This document shows positions 12,769-27,150 of a stretch of DNA of 64,000 nucleotides, piece by piece (position 1 is the stretch's first letter; each line of letters starts with the position of its first letter). A program made the translations under genes and the position numbers. Source of the stretch: Lama glama (lineage: Eukaryota); contig CM052816.1 in assembly GCA_028534125.1 (NCBI GenBank), positions 87,298,001 through 87,362,000 on the forward strand. Direction: 5' to 3'. The notes beneath the pieces were generated by a model. The model was not told the origin of the DNA. It made no database searches and worked only from the letters and a program-made list of their open reading frames with translations.

Positions 12769-13377
12769 CATGTATTCAATTTATGTTATATTCTGATTCA
12801 TTAAAGTTGTTGTAGATTCATACGAATTTGAAGACTTCCTATAGTTTTACTCTGTATTTCAACCTCTGAAAAATAAAATAATTAAAAAAATATATATAGT
12901 ATGCAAAATGTTATCTTCTGAGAAAGTAAGCTGACCATTAGCTATAGTTTGAAATAGTGGGCTCATGTTTTCCAAAGGATTCCTACTTATAACCAAAGAA
13001 AATATATTATGCATTTAAAACTTAACAAGTATATTTGCAAGGAGGCAAGAAAAAGGGCCTAAAAGCTAGCCTTTATCACTAAAAATTGCATTTTAAGAAA
13101 AACATTCATATTTACTTTAATTAATACACATTTTCTTCTTTAAATTTGATAGACATATTTATAATGGTATTGTCAGGTGGTTAAGTAACATTAAAGAATA
13201 CTTTAAAGCAGTGATATAGTATTTTATTATGACATTTATGAAGTGGTTAGCATAGCTGTAAAAGTAAAATTATTACAACTATCCAAAGAAATAATACATA
13301 TAAAAAAGTCCCTAACTCTTAATAGATTTTGTGCTCAATTAATTCCAAAATTTATCAATAAAATTTCTCTTTGTGAA

Positions 13378-13439
13378 ATTGGCTACCATATGGAAAATAA
13401 ATCAGATTGGCTACAAATATGGGAAAATAAATCAGATTG
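13378..13439. repeat. Imperfect tandem duplication of about 29 nt
   Basis: attggctaccatatggaaaataaatcag / attggctacaaatatgggaaaataaatcag. Confidence 0.9.
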
Positions 13440-14059
13440 TATTTACTAGACCAGTAAGACTTAAGGAAATGATAATTGTGATCTTAAAATTAAGATCTAT
13501 GCTATAGACATAACATTAATTACAAATTTGCTAAAGAAATTTAAAAAATAAAAACACATATCATCAGGCTGGACAGAGGTTTCTAATTTCTTTCTCCAAG
13601 TTGTTCTATAAAATGTGATGTGAAAACTTGAATAGCCATGACTTATCACCATTTGTTTGCGTCTTGGCTGAGAAACAACTTTGAATGCTTGATCATTTTG
13701 TGTGAGCTCTCTGTTTATTAATAAGAGAGCCAGCTCCCTTGGAAATCCCCCAATTCTCTTAATTATTTGGCCCAATTTATAAAAATGGCGTGCTGTGATA
13801 GTATCAAAGGCGTTGAAGACATTCAACTTTAGCAAGAATCTAGTAGGAATAGTAAATATATAAACACCAAAGTCCTGTAATTTTATTAAATATATTTAGA
13901 TAGATAAAATATGTTATGTGAAACATAAATATCTGAATGACATATGCATTCAAGATTTCCTGGGAAAGGTAGAATCATTGTCATTTCCTCAAACTCAATT
14001 CTTTATGAATGACCATTTTTATTTATAAAAGAGACATCTGAAATGTTGTTAGGAAGAAT

Positions 14060-14395
14060 TAACTTATCCTAACTGCCTAGCCAATATTCATTCTCTTCAT
14101 CCTCCTTATAAAAAGAAATCTAATTTACTTGTGTTGGCTACAGGCCTATTTATTAGCAATTACGTTTGCAAGCTCTCTTAAAGGAGAGGGGAGAATGGCA
14201 TGAGATTCAATTGTTCAAATAAGGTGAAGGTACCAGTCTATGACATTTGTCCTCCTCCACATTCTGTCTGCACTGCTGACACAGTGCACAGAAGTGGACC
14301 TGTTCTCATGAGTTTAAAAGGACAAAAGCCCAAGACAAGGTTGATGGAATAGGGAGCTAAAAAAATATGTGGGATTCTAATGAGTCATCGGCAGA
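14060..14395 (+). mobile_element. Old MaLR LTR fragment (MLT1J/K-like)
   Basis: ctgcctagccaatattcattctcttc and gatggaatagggagctaaaaaaatatgtgggattctaatga motifs. Confidence 0.45.
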
Positions 14396-14418
14396 ATAAT
14401 GCAAATAAACAAATGTAA

Positions 14419-14835
14419 TGTAACGCCGCCCAGTTCTATCCTATCCCAAGTATCTGAGGTGCTTCTTCCCCCAGCTACTGGCAGCAATGGCCTGGAGAAC
14501 TCTTAGTTGAATCTCACCCTAGGTTTTCCCTCAGCTGAAGGGAGCTGCATTGTTCAAGACAAAAGTTTTCAGAGCAGTTGAGTTCCAACAACCAAATGGA
14601 GACCTGGTAAAAAGCCCCATCCCCTTACTCCAGGTTGAAAGAAAATTTACCTGCCCTCCTCGCTCTGCTGCTCCCATAGAATGGACTGTGGCCTTGGATG
14701 CAACTGCATCATACTACAATTTTAACTTCTTTCTGATCCTCGTCCCTTCATACCATCGCCAAGTGTTGATCATGAGAGCATTCTGAAACAACTTTCCTGT
14801 CTACAAATCTCTTGCAAGTCTCAAAGTCTGAAACT
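14419..14835 (+). mobile_element. ERVL LTR16-like solo LTR
   Basis: ccctcagctgaagggagctgc...gtgttgatcatgagagcattc...caaatctc...tctcaaagtctg. Confidence 0.65.
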
Positions 14836-16815
14836 GCTTAAGGTTTAGGAATATGATTGTGATGGTGAAAGGAAAACACACATTTAATAAGCATCTGCTA
14901 TGCTTCTGTCTGTCTAGCTAAACAAAACAAGCACTTACAGTGTAAGTTTTCTAACCTACGGCAAAGTCACTGCTATGCATAAATATTTTGATTAGTGTTC
15001 TTAAAAGGATGGTTTAATTGCAATTATTTAAAGATTATAACTCATAGGATGTATTGTCATGTTTTGAAAATGAATTATATAGTGCAAAGAATAATAAATG
15101 CAAAATAATTTTGACAATTCTAAAAATCTTTAAAGTGATATTAATGTTGCTACTAGTTTATATTAGGAACATTTTAGTGTAACGAAGTAAGTCTTGTTCA
15201 AGCTATTATATGTTGCATAAAAATTCTCACGAGTTCTCCCAAATTCCTGAAAGTCATGTTTTTAATGTAAAAAATTAAAGATATCTCTAAAATTTTTTAA
15301 AAATATATTTTATAAAGCAATCTACACATATATAGTTAAAGAGAGCATGCACCAAAGGGCAGAAGAGTGGGAGGTAAATAAAATTAGAAAAGAAAAACTA
15401 TTTGAACATTGACATAAAATGTGTATGGATTCAGCCAAAATTAAAGAAGGCTAGGAGGTTAATTGGAAACACGTACAGTGCTTCTAAGCTTTCTTTGAAA
15501 GTAAGCAAAACTCCCTTCTAATATAAAGTTATCCTTTATTTTATAGACAAACATCTATTCTGGATAGTATTTATATTAACCCTATATAATTACAGAGTTC
15601 AAATAGATTTTATAATTTTTCTGTTTTTGACTAAGAAAATTTTAATCCTTAACAATATGCTTTTCTATTAATGCTATCAGAATGAATACATCACTTGATA
15701 TGTATTTCTTAAAAACAAACAAAAGAAACAAAACAAAACAAACAAAAAACTTTGACAAACAGACACTTTTCCCCCCACCACACAAGCTCTAACAAAAGCA
15801 TTAAGGGCTTCTGCAAATGATAGTGAGCCTTCTCATTTCAATGCAATAAAAATCTAAAATCAAATAAAAAGTTAGGAAGAACTATTTCTTTTATCATATT
15901 TCTAGAAAACTGATTAGTAGTAGTGATCTCTTTTGTTTTTTGTTCACCTCAAAAAGATAACTGAGCATTTACTGACTATGAAAATAAATGGGTGATAAAG
16001 CAGACAATCACAGAGTTTCTAAGAAGCTGATGAATAGAAAAGTGCATTGTTAAGAGGGAAAATAACCTCTTTTCTTACCAAAAGATTATATGGAAGGGCA
16101 TTGAAGCAAATGCTATCTTCATTGCAATAAAAGAGGACAGCAATAATGGTTAACGAAATATTTGTATTGGAATTTATTGTACCAACGGCTATTTATTAAA
16201 TGATACCAAGGGATAATTTATCTCACAGTCAATTTTAATTAAAACATCTGTTCGCACTCCAAAGTAGGCTGTGAGTGATTAACTTGCTTGCATGGCTTTT
16301 GTTTCTGTGTATTTTTCTTTCAAAGAAAATCAAAGAAATTCATTAGGTATGAGGGCATCTTAACTTGTTCAAATTAATCGATCTTTATCAAATAATCAAA
16401 AGAACAGCTAAATAGGAGCAATAATGTATCAAGAACAAATAACCTTGGAATCCTGAAAAAACACTTTTGTAAGGATAATCAGAAAAGCCAGCTCATCACA
16501 TAAGCATCGACTGCAGGAAACAGGCCTATGCATCCTTGTTTATTTCTCATGAGGGACCGTGGTGGTTTTATTCCAGCAGGAAAAGAGTCAACAGAAGTAA
16601 GATTAAAACGTTCTGAAATGTTGTTTGGGAGATGTAAATATATGGCTAAGTGCATGTACAAGGGTAGTTTTCTTTCAACTACTCTTAATTATTTCAACTT
16701 TTTACATAGTTAAATTAGAATTTTCTTTGCAACTGGGTTATATCGGCTTGAATACTCCTAACCTATTCTAAAAATAATGTACTTTGACTTGTACTGACAG
16801 TGAGTAATAATGATT

Positions 16816-16819
<4 letters not shown>

Positions 16820-16846
<27 letters not shown>
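16820..16846. repeat. (CA)n microsatellite
   Basis: Direct reading. Confidence 0.95.
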
Positions 16847-16851
<5 letters not shown>

Positions 16852-19438
16852 GCTCTAACTTAGGAAAATAAACTGAAAATAATCAAGGAATTTGGTGATC
16901 GATGATTCAAGTATGTTATTACATTATTATATTTGATATGTTTTCTGATATATCAATGAATCAGGCTCATTGAAATAAATACATATTTTGAAATAAATCA
17001 AATAATAAAGTAGCATTTACTCTGTGAACTAAAACATATGCCTAGACTTACACAGAAAACGAACAATAATGAGATTATAAATTTTAACAAAGGCCTACAC
17101 GTAAACCATACTGTGCAATTTGAAACATTTGCCTGTAATAAAGTCCAATAATTTTTCCAAGTTGCTCTAACCATTCTTTATTTACCGAAATTTCTCTCCT
17201 TACTTTTGAACGTCAGTACTTAATATTTGTTCCTTGGATTAGACATTATACTTTAAAATTCGTGTGATCAGATAAGTAGAAAATAAAACCTCAACTACCA
17301 GATGTAATTATTTTACTTCTAAACTATTTGAGCCACTTAAATAATCACCTGGGTCTGACAAAACAAGTTGTATCCTGTCATCAGAATGCTAGTGTAAATC
17401 AATTATTTTATTATATTTGGTAATATTGGTTCACATGTGCACAGCTATAGATAATTCTAGGAACACTCATGATGATTTCAATGCCAGTTTTGAAGTAATG
17501 ACTTTCTCCTCCCACACTTCTAAATGTATGTGGTTTTATTTTCTTCCACACCACAGGATTTTTCCCCTATTACCATTTATAATTAGGGTTGTAAGCAGCA
17601 GCCTGAATAAAAAAGGCAATGATTTTCATTAAGTGCTCGCCTGAATCTGTGAACCTGACTATATTAAATGAGAGCCCACAAAATCAGAATGAGTACATTA
17701 AGTATTTTGAAATTTGAATTAATATTAGTATTAAAAAGTAATTGGCATATATTTCTCATTTTCTAGGCACAGTTTTCAAATGGAGGCCGGATATAAGCCC
17801 GTGCCCCTCTGCATAGTAAAAAGGGAACTCTGCCATCAGTTTATGACCTAATTAGTTCATCTATATACTTATGTGGGAGACAGTTTGCCTGACAGTAGAG
17901 AAGTCAAAAGGTAAAAACAGTTTGCAGAGTCACTGTCATTTCCTGTCCTTTATCTGCTCCAGGCAACACGGAACTGGGAGGTGAGAAGAAAAGTGCAAAC
18001 TGACCCCCAGGAGGAAAGAAAACCACCTTAGACATCCGATGGAATCCACAGTGTTCATCTGCATTAACTGACTTCATTTGATTCTGCAGTGGTTCAACAG
18101 AACCTGAGTTTATATTTCTTTATTCTCTATATTTCTGAGTTGTTTTTATTACTCTTCTATTATTTAAATTACCAGGTGATATTCTGAATTAAAAATCCTC
18201 CTGGACAGAACAGCTTTTACAAAAACAGGGAGATTTCAACTGAAACAATAAAAATCTAACCCTAACTACTCATGAGACAAGGGGGTCATCTCCAGGTTGG
18301 GATCTATCTAAGGGAGACTTAAGAATGTGCTAATGTTGCTAGATTATCTTCGCTAAACTTCAAGCAACTTTTACAGCCTGGAGCAGATGGCCATGTTATT
18401 TAAGTATATGGCTGTAGCCCAGATACAAAATTAGTCCTAGGACTCAGCTTTGTTTTTATTGTGGGATTTGTAAGTTATGTGAGCAAAAAGGGCTTCACTG
18501 CAGGAAGTTTTAATTTATTACACGAGGTATTCCACTTCATTGCACTTTTTTGAAAAAAATGGGATATTTCAATTCAATCAAATGAATGTTAGAAGTCTTG
18601 GTATCATAAAGAGCTCGAAGTTACAAAGCTAGGTTGGGGAAACACCAAGCTGAATTGTTTTGTTGTGGTGTTTCCTTTCTTTTGGTAACTCATCGCTATG
18701 CGTTCTGATGATTTGGGTCAGGGTTGGAGAGTTCCTGTTTCCCCAAATACTCATTCCCATGTAATCTAGTGGGTCTTCCTCTCTGAATTCAGCCATGATT
18801 ATTGAACGTTTATTTATAAAATAAGCACTTAAATATACTTTGAAGAGTTATCTGATGACTACTTGAGTCTTAAGATGCAGGGGTTAAATCCCTACTTAAA
18901 AAAATAAAGTAAAATTCAGGCCATGAAAAAAAAATGGACTCTATGACAGTTTGTGGTTGCTTGCAGGAATTAAAGACAAAATTCGGTCATTTGGAACTTT
19001 CTCCACCTAGGAAGAAGAATTAGAGGGCATTTAAGGTAAATTTTGTAACATTGAATATTGTTGAGATTTAACTTTTCCTTTTTATATTTCAGAAGCATTA
19101 TTAGTGTGTCAACATTAACACTCCAGGTATTTCTTCCTGGACCAGATATTGTGCCATTATCAAGTTTGGGGCATTCCACAAGTGCCTCTCCACAGCATGA
19201 CTGAAATAAAATATCAGCTCTGACAAAGATTCAACTCATTTATTCATGTGTTTCATTATTAGACATATAGTTTTGATTCTGAGAATGTAATCTATATAGC
19301 ACCCAAACATATAGTAAACTGGTCTCAAATATGAGGGTTTTCATATTATATTCATTCTGGCCAAAATAAATGACAGTTTTCAGCAGTGAGTAAACAATAT
19401 AATTCCAAATCTAGAAGTGCTATCTCATTTCTATTGCA

Positions 19439-19441
<3 letters not shown>

Positions 19442-19483
<42 letters not shown>
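19442..19483. repeat. (GT)21 microsatellite
   Basis: Direct reading. Confidence 0.95.
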
Positions 19484-19484
<1 letters not shown>

Positions 19485-20105
19485 CTATTGATCCTGTTTC
19501 TGTGAAGGATCCCAGTAGCTGGATAGCATAGAGAAGAAATGAAGTAAAAGCTGTAGAACTTCTTATAAATCTGCTGTAGATTGAATACAAATCTCTAGCA
19601 CATTCTAGCATTATGTTCTACAGTGTCCATTAAGATACATAATTTTAACACAGATTGCTTCAGCCCATGGCTTTGGAAAATAAATGACAGCTGTGGTTTA
19701 GAGCATTCAGATTTTCATATACCAAATATTTTGGAGAAAATGTTATTTTTCATTTTTAAGACATTGTCTCCCACGCTTCAAAGAAATAACCTCAAGTTTT
19801 GCCTCAGTACATGAATCTAACATAAAGAGTTTCTGCAAGTGAGTTTGTTCATCTCAGCAAAATTCATATAGTGCAATAATGAGTATCTGAGAAAGTGCAG
19901 CAGGTCATTTAACATGACTCAATGTTTTGGACTAGCTTGAAATGGAAGATGCAAAACCTTTTATTGCTAGATCAGTATCCCAGTTAGGGTTTAAGGTCAA
20001 TAAAATATGGATATACATCATGACATACATCCTTATTATTAAATTTGTATTTAAAACATTTCAAGTAAAGACATTTAAAAATAAAATAACCAAACACATG
20101 CTGCT

Positions 20106-20167
20106 AAATATATATATATATATATATTTATATACAGCGAAATATATATATATATATTTTTATATAT
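20106..20167. repeat. Two (TA)n tracts separated by a short spacer
   Basis: aaatatatatatatatatatattt-atatacagcg-aaatatatatatatatatttt. Confidence 0.9.
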
Positions 20168-23100
20168 GGTTTTAACTTCAGTGAAGACTGAAATAGTATC
20201 AAAAATGACACTAGAGTTTAAGATATTGCTTTAAAATGTGATAATGCTAGATTAGTTAATCCAGTAATGATACGATCTGCACCATATCTGTTTCCGATCT
20301 TTAGTTTTTAATGTTTACATGAAAGAGGAATCCAACATACTGTGTCCTACTTCTAAAATCATCAGTTTCCACTCATAATATGTGGCCTGGGATTGAAAAA
20401 ACAGGACAATAGCTACAGATTCAGAAAGAAAAAGCATACATTATTGTCAGCATCAGAAATCAAATGGCAATTCTAAGATTTTCATTGTAATATCTTTTGC
20501 TTTTCCTCATTTTATAACCTTGTCTTCTTGAAAAAAAAACTTTTTTAATATACTTGAGCCTCATTTGCATACTTTCATTTTCACAAGCAGAAAATCTTAC
20601 CAATCTTACTTTAAAACCTATCTTAAAAGCCAAATTTTACCAATATTTTGAAAGGCAAATATTACTAAGTACTTACTAACTCATATTAATCTAATTAACT
20701 GAAGCACTGTCTATATTATGAAGACTAAGTTTAATGACATCATCAAATATAATCTACCTACTTAGTAACAATTTTTATAAATTAAAACCACAAGTCCAAA
20801 TCCTCTATGTTGGAGGCTCTATGTTGCTCTTTGACTTAACACAAAAATACTACTACTGTGCATTTAATGAATCTCAAAATGTTTATACATACTAACTTGT
20901 TAAACGTTAATGACACCTATCAAATAAGGGAAAAAGTCATATTATACCAAGCAATTTGGGGTTATCTTTGTAAGACAGCCAAGTTTAGTTTTATTAAAGA
21001 ATTTCGGAAAAACTTCTCAGACATCTAATAATTTGCAGTGAGATGGAGACACAGAATTGTAGATGTCCTAGAGTGATCTTCTCAACATAGAGCACCACGT
21101 GGATGCCCTTCTATAGGCTTGTGTAAAAATATGACTTGAGACACCTTATTCTTACAGTTCGGCAATGCACATATTCTAGGGGACGCTCTTTTCTGGAAGT
21201 GTATGAAAATGCTCACTAAAATACATAAAACATATTTAAAGGCATTGTTGAGCAAATGAAAGGGATGGAGGCAGATCATTCTCAGAGGCCAATATGAAGC
21301 GTGTCTCCAGAGATACAAGCTATTACCTAAGCCAAAACTGCCCTAGGGAGGATGAAGATTTCTGCTAACTTAGAGAATTATTTTGAATAGATTCGTGGAG
21401 CCAACAGCTAGAGTCTGGTGCCTGCACAAGGGGAGGAAGCTGACTGGAAGCCCCTCACTAATCTCTATTACTACAGGGCTATGAAATTGTGAAATTGAAA
21501 AAGGGGGAAATAACTCTCAGGACACAGAGAGAGAAAGAAAGAAGCCTGTTTCAACCCCGCTCAGGATGGTGGGGGAAGTGGTCCTTTTAATATTTATAAT
21601 ACAAGTTTGAGTACTATGTAGATTTAAAGGCTGAATTCATCCCACATCTCTAGTGTCTTTGCCAGGGATAGAGAGAGAGACAGAGAGGAGGGAACAGCAA
21701 GCAACTCTCAAAACTAATCTTACTTGCTTTTGAATGATTGACAATTGTAATATTCTCTAGATCCTGACAAAAGCAACGTGTACAAATTTGCTAAAGAAGA
21801 AAATATGCAACCAAGGATTTTAAGGATTCTGACAAATAGAATTTACAAAGCTATTATCTTGAAGTTTACTCAACGTTTCATTTATGTGCTTTGAATCAAT
21901 AATATCAAATGAATATAAGATTTGAGTTGTATGTATTTTGTATGTTGTTATGATAAAATAATACCCCTTGGGTGGGATTATTCAACTCATGTAGATGAAG
22001 GCATACAGGCTACGTTTGAGCATTAAGATGCATCTGAAAAAGTCATTACTTACTGATGCTCTTTCTCCCTAGGAGAACTTATAAGACAAAATACAGATCT
22101 TGTTAAAAAAATATGTATATATATAGGCCTAGGGCTAAAATGGTTGAAAAAAAGACTGACCTTTCCTAAAAACGACAGAAGAACAGAAAAGAAAAATGAC
22201 AAAATAAAGATAATGCAGATGGGAACATTACTCAAGCCTAATGCTGTCATAAGCAATGCAGAGGTATGGTTTGTAGATGAAGCAAAGAGCAGAATTATTG
22301 GTTGTCAATAGGCTCCTAGGGTGTGAAGCTGCATAATATTCAGAGCATCATCAAATCAGGAAATGTACTGCCTTGTCCAGAGTCTCAGTTCCTTTAAACA
22401 CTATTTAGTCCACCATTTGATTCATTTTGTATATCTCAAGCTTCCCAGGTCACACTCCAAAGTGTTGAAATTTTAGAAGAACAACCTGACAGTCTTCCTT
22501 CTTCACCCAGTTCAAAAATATTGAAGATTTAGACACTGTTTTAAAAATCAAGACCAAATTATCAGTTTTTATTATGATAAAAGCTCACTGGCAAACATTT
22601 CATATCTGGAGGAATTAGTGATCCCTCACTAGTAGCTTAAACAGATTCTTCCACTCAGGAACCAGGCTTTTCCTGAATTGTCAGGCCCATTTTGCCACTT
22701 TCTAGGGATCAGGCCCAAAAGGATGGCTTCTGTATGAGGCATATTCCAAAAAGAGAAAAGAGAGCTAAAAAGTCCAGGTTAAGCATGGAACTATTCCTTT
22801 AAATACTATGAACAAATAATTCTTTCATTTTTCCAGGGAAAGAATTGAGCCAGGATATCACAAAAATAAACTACATCATTATCTTTCCTTCCATTGAGCC
22901 ACTCAGGGAAAAAAATCTTCTATGCCAGTCTCTGGTACTAGTGCAGAAAACATACCATAAACAAACAAACAAACAAACAATAAAAAACAAACAAGAACTT
23001 ACTGATGGACATTGATTTCATAAAGTATGAGTATCTGTTGGGAAATCATTGCTCTGATAATATGAATGAATCAGTCATGGACCAAGGAACATAAAGGACA

Positions 23101-24069
23101 AATCCACATGACTGCAGAGGAAGCAGATTAGCAGGAATCAGCAGCAATAGAGCTGGAGTAATGTACATTAGAAGGACAACCAGGGTCTTGGTCATGAGGG
23201 AGGACTGAAGGATCAAATTCAACTCTCATTAGTATCAAAATTATTTGAAGAATTGCAATAATAAAGATGACATGAAGTAGCTGGAAATATGGCTAGTCAG
23301 GTATAACCAGCACGTTTGGAGTTATGGGATTGATTGCTGAGGAACAGAACATTGTATTTTACCTAGAAATTAAGGCAAGTAGGACTTCTATTCTCATAAG
23401 GGCTACTCCGTAAGTCAGAGCAAACCTCCCACTGAGGGAACGGCGATAGCTTTGCAATATTTTTCACCCATTGGAAGTTATGACAGCAAAGCAGCAAAGA
23501 ATTATGGAGCGAAAAGAAAGAAGACAAAAACTAAGGGACAGAAATCTTGAATTTGGACTTCTTTTCCCATAAATGCCTCTGCCTGATGGGGCAACAGTGG
23601 AAAAGCTAGTCCAAGGCCACGAACAAAAGGCCTGGTAAATAAATATGCCTTGCTTTCAGTTGGGATCACAAATAGTTATTTTTTAAGAGCAACAGATGAC
23701 TGGGAGCTATCTGGCTTTCAAAGTGACTGATGAGTAGGTTTAAATTTCAGTCCCTCAAATATAAGTAGGAGGGTACTGGTACCCTAGCAGCCTTCTAGAA
23801 AGAAATCTTCCATGAATTAATACAATATTATTGTAAACTTCAGATTATTTAAAAATTTTTTCATTTACAAACAAAGGTTTGACTTCAATCAAAATTACAC
23901 AGGCACATGAAGAAAAAACAGGACATCAGTGCAACCCAAATGAAACAATGTGAAATCAAAAGCAGCTATCAGAAACTGACTTTAAACTGCTTTCTCTTAA
24001 TATATAAGATTGAGAATCTGAGCAGAGAATTGGAGACTGTAAAAAATGTTTAAATATAAATGTAATCAT

Positions 24070-26215
24070 AGAAGAAAAGCTCCCGGTTTTTCACCATTGA
24101 GTATTATGTTAGCTATGGGCTTTTCATACAGGGCCGTTATTATGTTGAGGTACTTTACTTTTATTCCTAATTTGTTGAGGATTTTTATCATGAGTATCCA
24201 CTATCTCCACTTCTTTTCAACATAGTAATGAAGTCCCAGCCAGAGCAATTTGGCAAGAAAAATAAATAAGAGGTATCCAATTTGGATAGAAAGAGGTAAA
24301 ATTGTCATCATTTGCAGACAACATGCTTTTATATATAGAAAATTTGACCCTATTGAAAAACCTGAATAAAAACAAGTTTACTAAAGTTGCAGGATACAAA
24401 ATCAACATATGAAAATTAGACATGTTTCTGTATACTAGCAGCGAACTCTCTGAAAAGAAAATTAGGAAAACCATCCCATTAAAAAAAAGTACCAAAAAGA
24501 ATAAAATACCTGGGAATAAACATATCTAAGGATTGAAAGACTAATATATTGAAAACTACTAACCACTGATGAAAGAAATCAAGATTCAAACAAATGGAAA
24601 GGCATTCTGTATTTGCAGCTTAGAAGACTTAATATTGTTAAAATGCCCATACAGCCCAAAGCAACCTACATATTCTGTGCAATCTCTTTCAAAATCCCAG
24701 TGGTGTTTTCATAGATTTATTTTTTAATTCTAAGATTTATATGGAAACACAAACAACCACAAATAGTCAATTAATCTTTAGAAAAAAAAACACTACCTGA
24801 TTTCAACATATATTAAACAATACAGTAATAAAAATAGTATAATACTGGCATAAAGACAGATACATAGACCAGAAGAATAGAACAGGTGTCCAGAAAGAAA
24901 TCCATGCATATACAGTCAACTGATCTTCAACAAAGGAGCCTAGAACACACGGTGAGGAAGGACAGTCTCTTCAGCAGTCAGTGTGGGTAAAATTGAATCT
25001 CCACTTCCAAAAGAATGAAACTGGACCCTTTCATTATGCCATACACAAAAAACAACTCAAAATGAATTAAACAGTTAAACATAATACCTGAAACTGTATG
25101 ACTTCTAGAAGAACACATAGGGGAAATGCTTCATTGTATTGGTTTTGGAAATAATTCCTTGGATATGATACCCAAGGCACATGCAACAAAAACAAACAAA
25201 AAAATGATCAAGTGAGACTTTTAAACCAGAAATATTCTGTACAGCAAAGGAAACAATTAATTGGGTGAAGAGTCAACCTACAGAATGAGAGAAAATATTT
25301 GCAAACCTTATATCTGAAAAGGAATTAATCTCAAAGTATATATAAGGAACTCCGATAACTCAATAGCAGAAAGAATATACTACTACTAAAAACCTGATTA
25401 AAAGAGTAGGTGAAGGGCTTAAATAGACATCTCTACAAAGAAAACATACAAATGGCCAACAACTATATACAAAAAAAAAAATTCAACATCAGTAATCATC
25501 AAGGAAATGCAAATTAAAACCACAAAAAACTATCACCTCGCTCCTGTTAGCTTATCTATAAATCAAAAAGACAAGAGATATAAATGAAAAATGGTGCAGC
25601 ATCTATGTAAAACAGCATGGAAATTCCATGAAAAATTAAAGGTAGAATTATTATATGATCTAGCAATCTTACTTCTGAGTTTTTAATCCAAAAGAATTGA
25701 AATCAGGATCTTGAGACAATATTAGCTCTTCCATGTTCACTGCAGCATTAATCACAATCCCCACGATGTGGAAACAACCTAAATGTCCATTGACTGATGA
25801 ATGTATAAAGAAATAATGGCATATACGTATTATCCAGCCTTAAAAAGGAAGGGTATTTTGCAATAGGTGACAACATGGATGACCTTTGAGGACATTGTGC
25901 AAAAGGGACTAAGTCCATTTAGTCCACAGAAAGAAAAATACTGTGTGATTCCAATTATGTGAGCTATCAAAAATAGTCTAATTCACAAAAACGGAGAGTA
26001 GCATGGTGGTTGTCTGAGGTTGAGACAGGGAAATGAGACATTACTAACCAATAGGTATAAAATTTTAAGTAATTCAAGTAGATAAGTCCTGAAGATCTGT
26101 TGTACAACATCATACCTATAGACAACAATACTGTATTGTACACTTAATAATCTGTTAAAAGATTATTGGCTCTCATGTTATGTGTCCTTACTGTAATAAG
26201 TAAATTTTTAAAAAG
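24070..26215 (+). mobile_element. L1MA-type element (ORF2 RT region to 3' UTR) with 5' inversion
   Basis: Decayed RT motif tttgcagacaacatg (FADNM) near 24310; continuous ORF2 3' half and L1MA-like 3' UTR; 24070-24193 is antisense ORF2. Confidence 0.92.
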
Positions 26216-26491
26216 CAAAAACTAAGAAAAATAGAATGAAAGGCATTTGTGAATGGAAGTGTTCAGAATTTAATATGTAGTCCCTATCCGAGGAATCTAA
26301 AGGGCAAAAGAGCAAAACAGTGGGCTGTAGCTTAGAGAGAGAGATCCCGTTGTGTCAGAGGGTTGTGTTGCATGCATCATTAGTCTTAAAATTGGGTATG
26401 GAAATATTCTAATAGTAGTGTAGACACAAATATTTTTAAAGGAATCAATATCCACACCTTGTCATTCACATATACACTTTCTTTTGCATTC

Positions 26492-27150
26492 TTTTTTATT
26501 ATAGTAGTAGAAGTGTAGTCAGTTAACAATGTTATGTCAGTTTCTGGTGTATAGCATAATGTTTCAGTCATACATATACATACATATATTCATTTTCATA
26601 TTCTTTTTCATTATAGATTGCTACACGATATTGAATATAGTTCTCTGTGCTATGCAGAATAAACTTATTGTTTATCATTATATATAGTAGTTTATAGTAG
26701 TTAGTATCTGCAAATCTTAAACTCCCAATTTATCCCTTTCCACTCCCTTTGTCCCCTGGTAGCCATAAGTTTGTTCTCTACGTCTGGGAGTCTGTTTCTG
26801 TTTTGTAAATAAGTGCATTTGTGTCCTTTTTTTTAGATTCCACATATAAATGATATCATATGGCATTTTTCTCTCTCTTTCTGGCTAACTTTACTTAGAC
26901 TGATGATCTCCAAGACATCCAGATGGTCAACAGGCACGTGAAAAGATGCTGAATATTGCTAATTATTAGAGAAATGCAAATCAAAACTACAATGAGGTTT
27001 CACCTCACACCAGTCAGAAAGGCCATCATTAAGAGGCCATAGTGGTTGCCCTCCATAGTGGCTGCTCCAACTTACATTTCCACCAACAGTGTAGGACGGT
27101 TCTTTTTCTCCACACCTCTCCAGCATTCATTATTTGTAGACTTTTTAATA
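26492..27150 (-). mobile_element. Young L1 3' end with internal inversion and deletion
   Basis: 26492-26910 antisense 3' end; 26913-27033 sense ORF2 piece; 27040-27150 antisense ORF2 piece. Confidence 0.88.

Noticed and set aside
24217..24495. 92-aa minus-strand ORF
   Set aside because: Antisense reading of L1 ORF2
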